64,000 nt of DNA from Callorhinchus milii (Eukaryota), in contig NW_024704742.1 of the NCBI RefSeq assembly GCF_018977255.1, positions 123,568,001 to 123,632,000 on the forward strand, read 5' to 3'. Positions 39,041 through 53,277 of this stretch are shown here, piece after piece. Numbering within the stretch: position 1 is the stretch's first letter; each line of letters opens with the position of its first letter. The position numbers and the translations under genes were made by a program. The notes below the pieces were generated by a model. That model saw only the letters and a list, made by a program, of their open reading frames with translations. It was not told the origin of the DNA and did not search any database.

Positions 39041-40740
39041 AAAGAATTATTTAAGAACGGAATATTCACTAGCAATTAGCTAATCTGACCATTTTGTTTC
39101 ACCCACCAATTTGTCCCATTTTATCTCCGGAAGAAAAATCACGGAAAATAAGTGTTTTCTATCACAGCTGATCAGAACGTGGGCGACAACATTCTTCTCC
39201 AACTGATATTTGGTTCTGATTCTTTCACAATTGTATATCTTTGCAGCATTCTTTAATTTCACCAACAAAGAATAAAGAACGTTTTGTTTCACTGCGTTGC
39301 CTCAAATCAAATATCATTTGGTGAATTAAAACAATAACAACTTACATTTGTATAGTGCCCCTCATCCAGAGCGCATGAAATTACAGTATTTTGCTTTCAA
39401 AAGCAATCCTGTGCTCCCTCGCTCAACATCGTAATCTCATGACTTTTACACTAAAAAACATAATTAACAAAACCTGGTGTGACTCAACTACTCAACTAAT
39501 TTAGTATCACTGATGGTGTGATAGCTTAAAAATACCCCAAGAAATCTACACTTGGCTGCCTGTAAAAGTGAGACGAGAACTCTTTGTGGGATGGATATGA
39601 CAGCTGAACAATCTAGTAGTTTTGCAAGCAACGCATAAGCTACTTCAAATGCTGTGGCTTAGCTCATAGCAGATGAGGTATTCTGGTATTAAGTGGGAGG
39701 GTGGAGGAAAGCCACTGTCAGTTTATCACAACTATCTATAGAAGTGGTTTACTGTCAAACTCTTAGTTAGAGAATTCCACTTCCAGCTCACAAGTAAATT
39801 CATGTGTTGAACAGAATCCCATCTATATTATACTGCAGCTTGCAATTGTACAATTGCTAATGGTTTATTTCTGATTCTGGTAACTCTTGTCGATCGATTT
39901 ACAAGACCACAGTATGAGATGCTACACTATGTAGGATACTGCATTGACAAAGGTTTTCCTCTGGCGTTAGTAAAAGTGCTGAGAGGGATCAGTGTAAAAA
40001 GAAATGTTATGCTGCGGTAAATTTTCCAATCGTTTTATTGTGCACTGCAATGGCAAACCATTTCGACTAAAACACTGAGTTTTTAAGTGGTTGGGATACC
40101 CAGATGTGACTAATCAACATTGCTGAACCCTGGCCAGAAGGAAATCAACTCCTTCAGACATTGTATTCCATCGTCAGCAGAAAAGTCTTAAAAAGCTTTT
40201 GGAGAGATGTCAGCAATCAGATGCATGCAAGCTGCCTTTATACTCTAAAGCTCATTGTAAGTGCAAGCTAATTATCAGAACCAATGCCGGATCCAGATGT
40301 TGTAAATAAGCAGTGACATTGCTTGCAGAGAATAGAACTTGATAACTCTATCTCAGCTAAGACTGTGAGTCAGGGCATTGCAATTGACCTCAGTGGATCA
40401 TTAAGGAGAGCAGAAAAAAACTCAGCCACAGTTACACATGTGATCAGTATCCAGTGACCCCTTTCTGTGCACCAGTTTGGATGTTTGTCAAGGACAAGAT
40501 TGGGTTGAATGTGATACATCTGGTTTTAAATTGCCCTTTAGTATTTATTGACTCGTATCAAGCTTGAGAAATGTGTGATGCTGTGCTATTTGAAGGGCGT
40601 TATATAAATGCAAGTTGTCGTTGTTTAGGGGGGATATTGGATTTGCTACTCTTGGAAACATATCCTAGCCTTCAGTAGAGATAAAAATAAACACCTTGCT
40701 AGTAAATCACAAGGCAGAGATTATATTTCCATATTTAATT

Positions 40741-40790
40741 TGTGTGTGTGCTCGTGTGTTTGTGCTCGTGTGTGTGTACGTGTGTGTAGG
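40741..40790. repeat. Imperfect (GT)n microsatellite
   Basis: tgtgtgtgtgctcgtgtgtttgtgctcgtgtgtgtgtacgtgtgtgt. A similar tract lies at 2012-2042. Confidence 0.8.
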
Positions 40791-41684
40791 TGTATCACTG
40801 TGCAGACATGCTGTTACTTGATTCTGTTAGCCAGGTCAGTTTCAAGACTGTGCCACTTTAACCTACTTGCTGAATTACATATGAAGGTTATTTGTCATGT
40901 GAGCTGTGTGCCAGCCTGAGCCGTGTGGTTACTTTGATCAGCGTGAATCACCTTCCAGAATTGCAGTTTCCTACATCAAGAAAATAGAAACTGAGGTGCA
41001 TTGGGTACCATTCCAAAAACACATACGATTACAGGAGAAAGTTTAAATAAAGTCACAAGAGGTTCTGCAGCTTTGATCGACCGAGTTACCTAAGTGTTGT
41101 GAGGATGTACGGAGGAGATGAGTTCACATGTTTGTCAAGTAGGCAGCGAATAATGTGTAATGTGTACTTTAGATTTATCATAAGGGATAATGGAAATGAT
41201 CTGTCACATCAGTATATAAGGCTGACACTTGGCATCAAGACCAACATCTGCTTTGTATCATTATTTTCTTGGACTCACTGAGAGTATCCCAGGTGCTGAG
41301 ACCACCTGCAAGCCAGAGGCAGTCAAACTCATTCAAACCTACTTGCTTCACCACAAATGTTGCTCGTCTCACTGTGAATCTTTTACTATATTTAAACCTT
41401 ATGCAGCACATTCTGCGACTATCTTTTATCCGGGAAAACAGACAGGGCTGTAACAGATGGTGATTTTTAAATAGCATCACTGAACTATGCTTACAAAGAT
41501 ACTGCTATATTATTTATAACCTACTGGCAATGCATAGGATCAGATGACTGCATGGAAAGTTAATTTATCCTGGTTCTCAAATGTTAGAATACATCCAGTC
41601 CTCGCTGGAGCATTACAAGATCTATGTGCTGAAATGGAACAAGCTAGGTTCAAAAGATAGAAATTGAGATTCCCCAGTGCAATA

Positions 41685-42030
41685 AAAATAATCCTTGCAT
41701 TTGGTACAGCACCTTATCACATCGGAAGGATGTTTCAAAGCACTGGAAAATGAAGTGGCTGTGAATTTGTAGGGAAATGCAGCAGCACAAGCACAGTTGA
41801 GCACAGCAATGTCCCACAAATTGCTATAAAACGATTTGACCAATTTTATTTGGGGGATTATTGGGCAGGATACCGGAAGAAACTCCCTTCTCTTTTTGAG
41901 TAGAGCCGTGGGATCTTTAACATGCGCTTAGTGTCAGCTAAGACTATATGAGTTCCAGTCTCAATGTGGGATTTGAACCCACAACCTCCTGACACAGAGG
42001 CGAGAGTACTACCACTGAGCCAAACTGACA
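41685..42030 (-). mobile_element. Older tRNA-derived Deu-domain SINE (family B)
   Basis: Minus-strand head ggctcagtggtagtactctcgcctctgtgtcaggaggttgtgggttcaaatccc, core gttaaagatccc and an L2-like tail. Related diverged copies at about 1015-1130(+), 3875-4300(+), 15485-15930(+), 30435-30760(+), 42170-42465(-), 50700-51010(+) and 59810-60045(-). Confidence 0.78.
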
Positions 42031-44147
42031 CACATAATGTCAAGTACTGTAACTGCATACAGTTACCTACACCGTATAGGTAAGCAGTTATATACTTACA
42101 GTACATACAGGTGTATTTTATGGTAAAAATCTGTGTAAATTGGGTAGCTGAACAGCTACATATTGCACATAATAGCCATGAAGCCATGAAGTGAATGACC
42201 AATTTCTTCTGGAGGATTGTTTGCCAGGACACTGGGAAAAACCTCCTTTCTCTGCCCAGGATCTTTAACATCCATTCAAACAGGCAAACAAGACCTCAGT
42301 TTAATGAACTCAACCAAAGGATGTCCCCTTCTCACAGTGCAACACTTTCCAAGCATTGCTCTGGAGTTCCGCCTAGTCTATAACCTCATGGTCTTGACAT
42401 AGGGCTTGAACTCATGTTCTTCTGACTCAGAGGCGAGAGAGGCTACCAATTGAAGTGGGCTGACACATAACACATGGAGCAAATAAGAGATCAAAGAGTT
42501 GGAAAAGGCAATTTCAGGACGAATAACAAGTTTTTCTGCAGGACTATTGCCTAATTGTAAATAGACCAATTTTTGGAACAATCCCATAACTCAGTTTCCA
42601 CTAGCCTTCCCACTGTTCCCACAAAACGAAACCCTTTCTGTTCTAACTGCTTGCCTCACATCACTAATTTGCTAACCACCCCATATTATGGTCTCCTAAA
42701 GTTTTAACTGCTAAGTTCTTTCTGTCTGTACTTTGCTATTTTTCACTTAGTTTCATTCTGTCCGTAAGACTTTAATCTGTGTACAGTTCTGGTTGCTGTG
42801 ACATAGCAAGGCTGTCCAGTTCCTAGAGGCAGTGCAGAGCAGAGCAATATAGATGATCCCGGTATTAGAGGAATGAGCTATGAGTGACGTTTAGACAAGC
42901 TTGGCTCTTCAGTGTTGAAAAGTCATTTCAAAGGGGACTTATAGAGCTTTATAAGATTTTAAATGGGGTTGAGAAGGTAGATTCAGTTTGAATGCACAGA
43001 GACAGTATTGCAAAGGGTAATTTCAGGACAGACAGCAGGAAATCGTTGTTTACTCAGAGGGTAATTAATAACTTGAACAGTTTACCCTGAAGGGTGGTTG
43101 ATGCCAGGGTGCTGGACTTGTTTAAAAACAGCTTGATTGTATCGGTAGGGTGGGTATTCTGGAAAGATGAGATCAAATGGACCGAACGGTCTTCATAGCC
43201 AAACCTCTCTTGAGAACACTAACCAACAGGACTGAATTAATCTGATCAATTGTATTTTTAGTTGACTATCTGCTTTAATGCCCCCCACCCCCACTCCCAC
43301 ACACACGACCCCATGACGTCTCTCAGTTAGCTCAGATTAAATACATATCTTTTTGTTTTTGTTTGATCATCAGGTCACCAGAATTGTCACTAGAATTAAA
43401 AGTGGTGTTTCTAAAATAGCTTAAGGTCACTTTAAGTATTTGCTACACTGAACGTAAAAGTGATCTTTGAACCAACCGCTCTTCTATTCTGCTTCAGTGC
43501 CTTGGGATGTCCTTCTGACATGAAAGGCGCGATACAAATGTAATTTTGTTGTTGTCGTCATCTATTGTGTTTCATTGTAAAGATCTCTGCCTTCCACTGT
43601 GACTGGGACAGTGGATCATGAGTCAAAGACACCTAGAGGGAACAGATACTAGTCAATACAAAGTCTTCTTTGGCTTTACATAAATTACACTTAGCTTTGT
43701 TCACTGTTGAATATTAATAATAATAAAAAAAATTCCAGTGAAAGACCACAGGAATAAATAACTTTAATGTTTTGTGTTTTTTTATCTGCTTTATTTTTCT
43801 CAATATGTTGAATGTAAAAATACTGCTAAATGTAAGTGGTAAGAAATAAATCGTTGTCACATCATCCCTTTCTTTCTTTAAATAAAGCTTCATGAAACAC
43901 CCACAACGAGTAATAGAGCGTGTACGGGTGGCTGACAATACAGTAGAATTCTATAAAGTATGTTAGATCAGATATGGTTTTTCTTCCTTGTGGGCTATTC
44001 TGAACTTTTAAAATGATCCAACACAACAGCACCAAATGTTTCCCTGCGAGGTACAGAACAAATGGTTTGAAGTACCTTGGGGCAAGATATTTAAATGAAA
44101 TCAAAGCGAAAATATGTAAATGATTTGCGCTTAAAAAGAGATGGAAC

Positions 44148-45616
44148 AGTCCCCATGGATTGGGAGATCGCAAATGTCACTCCACTATTTAAAAAAGGTG
44201 GAGGAAAAGATGGGGAACTCTAGGCCAGTTAGTCTCACATCAGTGATAGGAAAAATTTTAGTATCATTGATTAAGGATGTGGTAGTGCGGTATTTAGAGG
44301 AGCACAATATAATTAGGCCAAGTCAACATGGCTTTACAAAAAGGAAGTCATGTTTGACAAATCTCAGAGTTTTTTGAGGATATTTCGAGTAAACTAGATA
44401 AGGGTGAATCAGTGGATGTGGTCTATTTGGACTTCCAGAAGGCATTCGATAAGGTGCCGCATAAAAGGTTAGTCCGAAAGATAAGGGCCCATGGAATTGG
44501 GGGGAGCATATTAACAAGGATTGGGGAATGGTTAACGGGTAGGAAACAAAGAGTAGGGATAAATGGGTCCTTTTCAGATTGGTGGGATGTGACTAGTGGA
44601 GTGCCACAAGGATCAGTCCTTGGGCCTCAGCTATTTACCATCTACATCAACGATCTAGATGAGGACATCGAAGTTAATATATCTAAATTCGCGGATGACA
44701 CAAAACTAGGAGGAAGTGTCAACACAGAGGATGACATTAAAAAAATGCAGTGAGACATAGATAGGTTAGGTGATTGGGCAGGTAGGTGGCATATGAAGTA
44801 TAATGTAGGGAAGTGTGAAGTCATCCACCTAGGTAGCAAAAATAGTAGAGCGGGTTATATTTTAGAAGGGGAGAGATTGGAATGTGTTAGCGTCCAGAGG
44901 GACTTGGGTGTCCTTGTACACCAATCACAGAAAGTTAGTCTGCAGGTGCAGCAGCAATTAGGAAGGCGAACGGTATGTTAGCATTCATTATGAAAGGATT
45001 AGAGTATAAGAGTAGGGAAGTCTTGCTGCAACTGTATAGGGCCCTGGTGAGACCACACCTGGAATACTGTGTGCAGTTTTGGTCTCCTTATTTAAGGAAG
45101 GATGTACTTGCCTTGGAGGGGGTGCAGCAGATTTACTAGGTTAGTACCAGGGATGAAGGGAATGAGTAACGAGGATAGGCTGACCAATTTGGGTCTATAT
45201 TCTTTAGAATATAGAAGAATTAAAGGGGATCTTATAGAAACCTATAAGATCATCAAAGGGCATGATAGAGTAGATAGTGGGAGATTGTTTCCCCTGGTTG
45301 GAGAAACTAAAACCAGGGGTCACAACCTTAAAATCAGAGGCAGCCCTTTCGCACTGAGTTGAGGAAGAACTTCTTCACTCAAAGGGTGGTGAATGTATGG
45401 AAGTTGCTACCCCAAAGGGCTGTTAACGCTCAGTCCTTGAACATATTCAAGACTGAGATAGATAGATTTCTTATTGCAAAAGGGATTAAGGGATATGGGG
45501 ATAAGGCAGGGTCAGGTTATTAGCTGGAGGTAGATTAGAAGATCAGCCATGATTGAATGGCGGGGCAGGCTCGAAGGGCAGAATGGCCTGCTCCTGCTCC
45601 TACATGTTATGTTATA
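44148..45616 (+). mobile_element. CR1-clade LINE, 5'-truncated, disabled RT region plus 3' UTR
   Basis: Fragments [70 protein letters not shown] and KCEVIHLG, broken by frameshifts and a TGA at 44751. CR1-type 3' end gaatggcggggcaggctcgaagggcagaatggcctgctcctgctcc...(ATGTT)n. Confidence 0.95.
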
Positions 45617-48600
45617 TTAACTTTCTGTTTCACATATACTTAAACACAGATTTCCTTTGCAAGGATGTGCTTGACACCAATACTTTATGGAACTGGTTCC
45701 CAGTTGTTATTACACGAGTTCCTATTGACTTAAAAATATTATAAAATGTTGATACAGTGAACTCCTCATAACTTGACCATGGCTTAACTTGTCGCTAACT
45801 TGAGTCATGATGCTGCCAATATCCTGTCTGCATATATTTATAAACATGCCGAACTCGCCACTCCGGATAACTCTTACTCATTAAATTGCAGTGCTGCCGA
45901 TGGCTTTGCAATAGACAATTGAGTTCTGAAACTCTACCTGATTAATACCTGAATGAAGGTTTGTAAAATCCAAATTTATTCCTGAAACTCTTTTAACTTT
46001 CAAACTTCTCAAGGAACTTTTATTTCACTAAAATGCTGCAGTGGATCGCTTTGTCTGAATGTTTTCCTTAAATGCAGCTAAATTCCATATGGACTCTTTT
46101 TTTACCCAAGGCTCAAACCACTCTCTGAACGTGTTTGGCTACCACGTTACAGTATATTCTGTGAAGTGCTTTGAGATGTCTCGAAGATGTGATCAGGTGC
46201 TGTATCAAATGCAAGGATTATTATTTTTTATTTTTCAAAATATTAATAGTTAATTACACTAGAGAATCTGAATGAAGTTGCATATAATAATAATAATAAT
46301 AATAATCCTTGCATTTGATATAGCGCTTTTCACGTCGGAAGGACGTCCCAAAGCGCTTCACAGAACATTTTTTATCCCGTGTACAAAATTCAAAAAACAA
46401 AACCCTTATTTCACAAAAAAAATAAGGGCAATGAGAGCGAATAGAAAACAAATTTTTTTTAGTAAGGATGGCAGGTTTGTGGAACAAACTAAGAATACGG
46501 GGGGTGGTGATATGTGGAACTATACAGTGTTTAAAAAAGGAATTAGACAAGTTCCTGGGAATTAGAAGGTTCTGGGGTTACTCGATGAACAGAGAGATCC
46601 GTCAATGAGATATTTGTTTAAGCAAGATGGTCAAATAGCTTGAAACTCGTACTCTGTAACTATGTGAATGTCTTTCTCAATTTGTGTCACTAATTTCAAA
46701 AATGTTTTTTTTAAGGTCAGGAAAAGATCTGTCTTTTCAATTATTAGCGTATTATAAACTTTTGGCTACTATAGGGCCATCTTGTGTTATGACTGAGGAA
46801 TGTCATTTGGTCTCGCAGGGCATCAATCTGTCTACCAGCTCTGTACAGGAGGTCATGGTTTGAATATAGAATTTCACTCAATAAATCATATGAAATCATA
46901 CCTAAAATGACGAGCCAGTTCAATCCAAAGCATCATAGAAATTGGAGCATAATGTTAAGACTTGTTTAAATTGGGAATGAAACAAACAATTATGGATAAT
47001 TTAAGCCTGGGTGTAAGACATGTGCAAAGGTGAATGAATGAGGCTGTTTGTCATATGTCTCACTTTATGGGAATATCAATTTAAGGAAGTGCAGTTTAAA
47101 TAAATCTAAGATTAATTTTAGAAATCAGACTTTCAATGCAGAAGGACCTGGCAGCTTGATTAATGTCTATTAGTGTTCGAACTTATGTGGAGACAGGTTC
47201 TCAAGAAAAAAAAGCTGTAACATTTCTAGGTTAAGATAACTTAGAACTTTGTCCATGTTGTTGTATAAAACACATCCAGACTTCGAAGATTTTCTTTGGT
47301 GTTTAAGTAGGTGTTGCAAAATAATTGTTACAATTTGTTTTACAATTTAATGATAGTGTTTTAAAATATTATCCTAATCAGATTTTAATTTCAGAAATTG
47401 CATGTTGAAAATGTAGCAATTGTCCCAATATATTTCACCTTAATAATTTATAGAATTCCCTCCACCCCAATTCGGGCTCCCAGGGAAAGAGCTTTGAGAT
47501 GTCCTCCATCATATAACTTTTGTATAGAATTGACTTGACAGGCTTTAGGTTAATCTTGTGATTTGTCCTTATGGTTTGAGATATCACGTGGAACAGTCTT
47601 AATGGCTCTAAAAATGTCACAGTGACATAACGTGAAAGCTTGAATTTCAAATGATGTAGAGCCAGCCCATTGTTGAGGTCTCGAGTACAAAACCATTAAA
47701 GCTCAAAGCCGTGAGGGTTGCAGGTTGCTGGTGAAGCTGCACTTAGGTACCAATTTAGTATTGATTCCACAGAAACATTCCTGAAAGGCAATAACATGAC
47801 ATTCATCCAGAAAGGTCCCAAATATTGCTATCCTGAAACAACAGGGTTGATTTTGTATTATTTCCCAATGGATTTTCTTGAAGAAATCCAAAAGACTGAC
47901 GCCAACTCATGAGACTGCCTCTCCCTTCGATTGGCATGATGTGTGTCGAGTTGGATTCCCCGCTCAAATTTTAAAAATCCATTAAGAGATAAATTTGATC
48001 GTTATATTCCCTAGTTGAGAGTGAGATACCACATAGTGGTCCATTTGTGTCCTGACAGCAAATTATACATGTAGCATTCATATAAACCCCACTGTGCATC
48101 TCATCTGCCCTGTAGCACTTGCTCAAGTAACAAGGACATTTGACAATAGTTTACCATCTGCTAAGGAGTCCATTTTCACCTATCAAATATCACTGGCAGA
48201 ATTTGATCAGGTAACCCTAGATGCAATATTCTCCTGATTGGTGACTTCATTTGCCCACAAAATACACAGTAATATCCTGTGAGGCGCTTGGAGGCGAGAG
48301 ACCTGGGTTCAATTCCAGGCAGGGCGAAACCTTGGGCAAGTTTCCTTACTCCACACGCCTAATAATAATCCCTCCAAAACAAAAAACAATAATAAATTGG
48401 TCATTCATTTGCCACAATTTGACTAGCTACAGAGTGCTTATCAAATCATGCTCTAGTACCTCATGGAGGCCACTTGTGCTGGTGGATAAGCGAAGCAGAC
48501 TGTCCCCTTGTTAAATTGAAGGTGGTCAATGCACATTAACCATGTGACAACACTGCAGGTGATGAAAAAAAATGGCAGCACTTATTTGATTTTCCAGTTA

Positions 48601-49019
48601 ACAAGGTTGACCTAGAATCTACATGGAACAAAAAATGACAAATAGAAAGTTGCTGAGGACTGGGTAACAGTAGCAAACGTAGCAGAATATGAACATCAAA
48701 TATATACTGATTGTTAGTTTCCCCGGGGGAGAAGGGGGAAGGAAGGTAAAGTTGAGGGTCTCTTTGGGACTGAGCTGGCTCCAAATTGATATGCCTGGTA
48801 ATGAAACATCAGAATTGAGTTGATCCTTTATAACAGCCTTGGTAGTCCAGTTCCTGAGTCAGGCAGGTCTACATTCCAGCCAACTTGGCTCGTCAGCAGT
48901 ACTTGGTGGAGCAGACCACAACAACAATTTGAATTTATATAGCACCCACTTCACGCTGGGTAGTGACCCAGACCAATCACTGGGGGCAGCTCCTATGTTA
49001 AGCCTATAAGCCAAAGCCT

Positions 49020-49324
49020 TAATAATAATAATCCTTGCATTTGATACAGCGCTTTTCACATCTTCCAGACGTCTCAAAGCGCTTCACAGAATAGACTGTG
49101 AAGTGAATTGACTGTATATTTGTGGGCGAAACGTGGCAGCCAATTACACACAGCAGTGTCCCACAAACAGACGTGGATTGAAGTGACCAATTTATTATTG
49201 GGTTTTTTTCTTGAGGGATTATTATCAGGCGTGTGGAGTAAGGAAACTTGCCCAAGGTTTCACCCTCTCAGGGATTGAACCCAGGTCTCTCGCTTGGCTC
49301 TAACCACTGAGCTACAGGCCTCCA
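49020..49324 (-). mobile_element. SINE family A, full length with a small head deletion
   Basis: Tail, core and head ...ctaaccactgagctacaggcctcc. Confidence 0.92.
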
Positions 49325-51470
49325 CTTAATGGGTACAGGAGTTAATGGGTAAGGGTGGTCCTAGTTGGACAAGCAGTGAGAAGTTTGCCACAAATTGCTT
49401 GTGGTTTTAACTGATTAAACTTCAGTGCACACTCTGGAATTCCCAAGCCTTAGCTCCTGCCAACCTGCACCTAATGCTGTCTGGAATGATGTGAGCAGGG
49501 TGCGTCCCTCTGGGGGGAGACAGAACGCACTCCATTCCAGACGAATGGGAAATTTCCATAAGTAGGTGGAATCTGTATGTGAAACTCTGTTTTGGATACT
49601 TTTAAGCATAATAATTTTATTTGCATGTTGCAGACCCGTCTTATCTTACTCAGCTTGTATTTCTGTTAATCATAAGATCACAATATTAGGTTGGGTGAAG
49701 AAGTCCCTTCGTTCAGCCCATCTGATCTCAAATTTCCAGAATAGGAACTTAGGAATTGAGCCTGTCCAACCACTTTCCAAGAACAATTCCACCTCTGTAT
49801 CCCTTGATACTTCTAACTATTAAGTATTTATCTATTTGCCTTTTAAATTCTTCAATTGACTGCCTCCACTGCCCTCTGGGAGAGTGAATTCCACCATCCC
49901 GCTGTGTGACAAAATGTTCCCTTATTTCACTTTTAAATGGTTGAAGCCTCAAATTTAAGACGATGGCCTCTAGTCCTTGATCCTCTTGCCAGAGGAAACA
50001 GTTGCTCAATATTCAGCCTGTCACAACACTGTCCTCTCATCACAGCATCAAGCTATTTTTTAAATATAATTCGCTGGCCTCCAATTTGTGAATTAAGATG
50101 AAATCTTCTGAAGATGGCGCCATCTCTTCTCAAAGGATTGCCATATACCATCTTGTTTTTCCAAAACAACATTCAAATAAATTTAATATTGGTTCCTGCA
50201 TTTTTCCACAAAATACAGTCAATCCATTTTACAATATATTCTGTGATGCGCTGTGATGTGGTAAGGCGCTATATAAATGCAAGGGTTATTATTTAAAGGG
50301 AGGAATATTTTTTAATTTATTTTTATTAATAGGTAGTAAATATTTAGTTTTGCAGCCTGGAAGCCAAATTTCATTTAAAAAAAAAGCAGCCTGAAATTAA
50401 CATGTGTTTATTTTCAAATGATTAATGTAAACAGTTTACTTAGATTTTCTGGCTCAATGTTCTTTCTGGATCAAACACAGCAATGTGAGATCACAAGTGT
50501 GGAATCTTGCTTAACCATTGATATTTTGTTGTCCTTTGGTATTTTGGTTTACTGATTTTGTAAAAAAATATTTACAATTCTAACTTGGACAGAATCTCCT
50601 AAACACTGGTGTTGCAATCTTATACATAAGGTTTTATATCTCATCTGGGATCATTTGTATGTAGCCTAAGAGGTACAAAGAAAACAAAATTGAGATAATG
50701 CGAGTGTCAGCCTGGCTCTCTTGAAAGCAATCTAACCCTAAGGTCAGCATCAGTCCAGGCTGACTCCAATGCTAGGGGACTTGTCAGATGTACTAAACTT
50801 CGGATGAGATGTTAGAGTGAGGTCCTATATTCGTATTTAGGTGCTCATTAAAATTGGTAGTCAACTTCTTGGCTGTTTGTGATATTGCTGTGCACAAATT
50901 GACTTCCTCGTTCGCCTACAAACACACAGTCACCACACTTCACAGTAAATCTTGTGAATTGCTTTGAGACATTGTGAAGGCGTTGTATCAAATGCAAGGA
51001 TTATTTATTATTTCTCTAATACACAACTGCAGCAATAGCTCAGTACATGCAGGCATTTTCTAGGGTGGGGACAGAATTGGGTTTGGCTGAAATACCTCCA
51101 CAGTTGAATACCTTGTCAACAAGCACTTTCCAAGGTTTACACTTAAATAATAGCCACTTAGGCAAATGTATCCCTGGGCGCTGGTTGAATTGTATCCCAG
51201 GAGAAGAAACTATGCCCCAAAACTAGAACAGTCTTCCTTTATCCCTCCGCTTTGCCCCTTCCCTCCCCATCCTTAGGTTGTGCCTGAAGACCTTCCTATT
51301 CGACCGTGCCTATGGTCACCTATCCCTTCCCCCGACTCGGTGTCAGGCTGCTCCACTGTCAAGCACTGAGTGAGGGGCGCTATATATATATATATATTGT
51401 TGTTGTTGTAAACACCTTGAGCAGAGGAGAAGTATAGAGAAAATTGGTGGACTGGATATATCAGATATAT

Positions 51471-51790
51471 ATAATAATAATAATAATCCTTGCATTTGAT
51501 ATAGCGCTTTTCACGTCGGGAGGACATCCCAAAGCGCTTCACAGAACACACTGTAAAGTGAATTGACTATATTTGTGGGCGAACGCGGCAGCCAATTGCG
51601 CACAGCAGTGTCCCACAAACAGTCGTAGATTGAAAATGACCAATTTATTATTGTTTTTTGGTTTTTGGAGGGATTATTATTAGGCGTGTGGAGTAAGGAA
51701 ACTTGCCCAAGGTTTCGCCCTCTGCCTGGAATTGAACTCAGGTCTCTCGCTTACAAAGCGAGTGCTCTAACCACTGAGATACAGGACTCC
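51471..51790 (-). mobile_element. SINE family A, full length
   Basis: Complete head, core and tail; tail variant gggatgtcctcccgacgtgaaaagcgctatatc. Confidence 0.93.
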
Positions 51791-52444
51791 ACAAATATAT
51801 ACCAGTGGTGAATAAGCTCTGATGCATTGTTCCTCTCAAAAACTTGTTCAAAAACGTTTCTGAAAGAGGTGTATTCCATTTTAAACAAAACTGGTTAAAG
51901 GTTTAGTTTTTGAGTTGGGTATGATCGCAGGAACAAAATATGTAAAATGCACAGCTGGACTATTAGATGCTTGGCAATTATTATAAACCTTTACAGATTT
52001 GGATTCATTTACTGGATATTTGCCAATGGCTTGTCAAAGATTGTACCCTTGTTTCAGTTACTGTTCAGTAGTCTGTGGTGTAAAATATTAGATGTCACCA
52101 AACTCAAGCTGAAGGACAATGAGCACCTGAAAGGGAACAGGTTTCCCTTTCTTTCACATATTGACGGCCTGGCTGTAGTTATCCAGCATATGTGTATTTA
52201 TGATTCAGCGGCAAGAGTCTAGCACCTGAAGCACCTCAAAGCACTTACACACGAACTATTGTGCCACAGCTACACCAATAGAGCTGCTTTCAGATACATT
52301 GCAGCAGGGGAGGAGTCCCCAAGTTTTCACTAACATACAATTGGTTGCAGTCTCATTCTTAAAAAATGGCTACCAAAGAACCTTTACTTAGATTCGCCAT
52401 TTGTAAATTTTGCATTGCTTTCAATTCTATACACAAACTCACAA

Positions 52445-53277
52445 CAGGGCCTGATTAAGTAACAAACCAGGTAAACCATGGCTTAGGGTCTCGAGGATCC
52501 CCGGATATGATTGATGCCATTACCTCTCAGTTGCGCTTCTCTTCCAGTCAGTCTCAGCCCTGTCTCATATCTGCCTCATGTGAGGCCGTGTTAAGCAACT
52601 GGAAGAGAGTTGCTCACCTGCTTTCTGTTCTGCCCTACTCTGGGCTGGGTTTGGTTAAGTTTGGTTGGTCGCTGGTCTGGGTTGGGTTTCGTAAAATGTT
52701 GGCACTCACATACTGTTACTCATGAACAAATGCACCAAAAACAAGCCTCTTTCAAAACTTTTAATGGTTTGTTATTCATTGGAGTTTGATTGGCAGCATT
52801 ATTGATTTGATTGCACCTACCCACAGCTGTGTGTTGCATTTAGTCGACAGCTGTGTCAGAGTAGAGCCCCGAGAGGTTTTACAATTCACTGCACATGGCT
52901 CATCTGTTTTGCTGCTGGCGGCACAGGCAGCCTCACCCGGTCTTATTATCTGCATTAGGCTCACGTTTCCAAATGTGGCAATTGCTCTTCGTATGTTCTC
53001 AACATGACCAGTAACAGTCTGTGAAGCTGAACACTCCTTCTCAAAGAGTCTCATCAAAAACTCAGAGATCCATAATGATCCAGGATAGATTGAATGTCTA
53101 TTGAGCATGATTTGACAAGTACAACCATGTTTGGATCATGTAGATGAGATGTTTACAACTATGAATTCCCAGAGGAAAGTATTTTAAAAAGGTATTGTTG
53201 CATATTTTGCATGTATAGTTCAAAGGGCTTCCGAATGTGATCTGGCTTAAGGCCCTCGATCCCTTAATCTGGTCCTG
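52445..53277 (+). mobile_element. Internally deleted hAT (Tip100-like) DNA transposon with both TIRs
   Basis: TIRs CAGGGCCTGATTAAG / CAGGACCAGATTAAG (13/15). Flanks ctcacaa(c) / cacacaa(c). Decayed dimerisation-domain peptide FPNVAIALRMFST*PVTVCEAEHSFSK..IKN../RSIMIQDRLN../SIEHDL at about 52965-53120. Confidence 0.85.

Noticed and set aside
44141..45362. Active reverse transcriptase gene or retron-like system
   Set aside because: 5'-truncated CR1 with frameshifts and stops and no endonuclease or ORF1.
45700..45900. Possible Tc1/pogo-type MITE (tacagtgaactcc...), also hinted at about 6340-6530 and 21380-21600
   Set aside because: Could not pair the termini or find a TA duplication with confidence.
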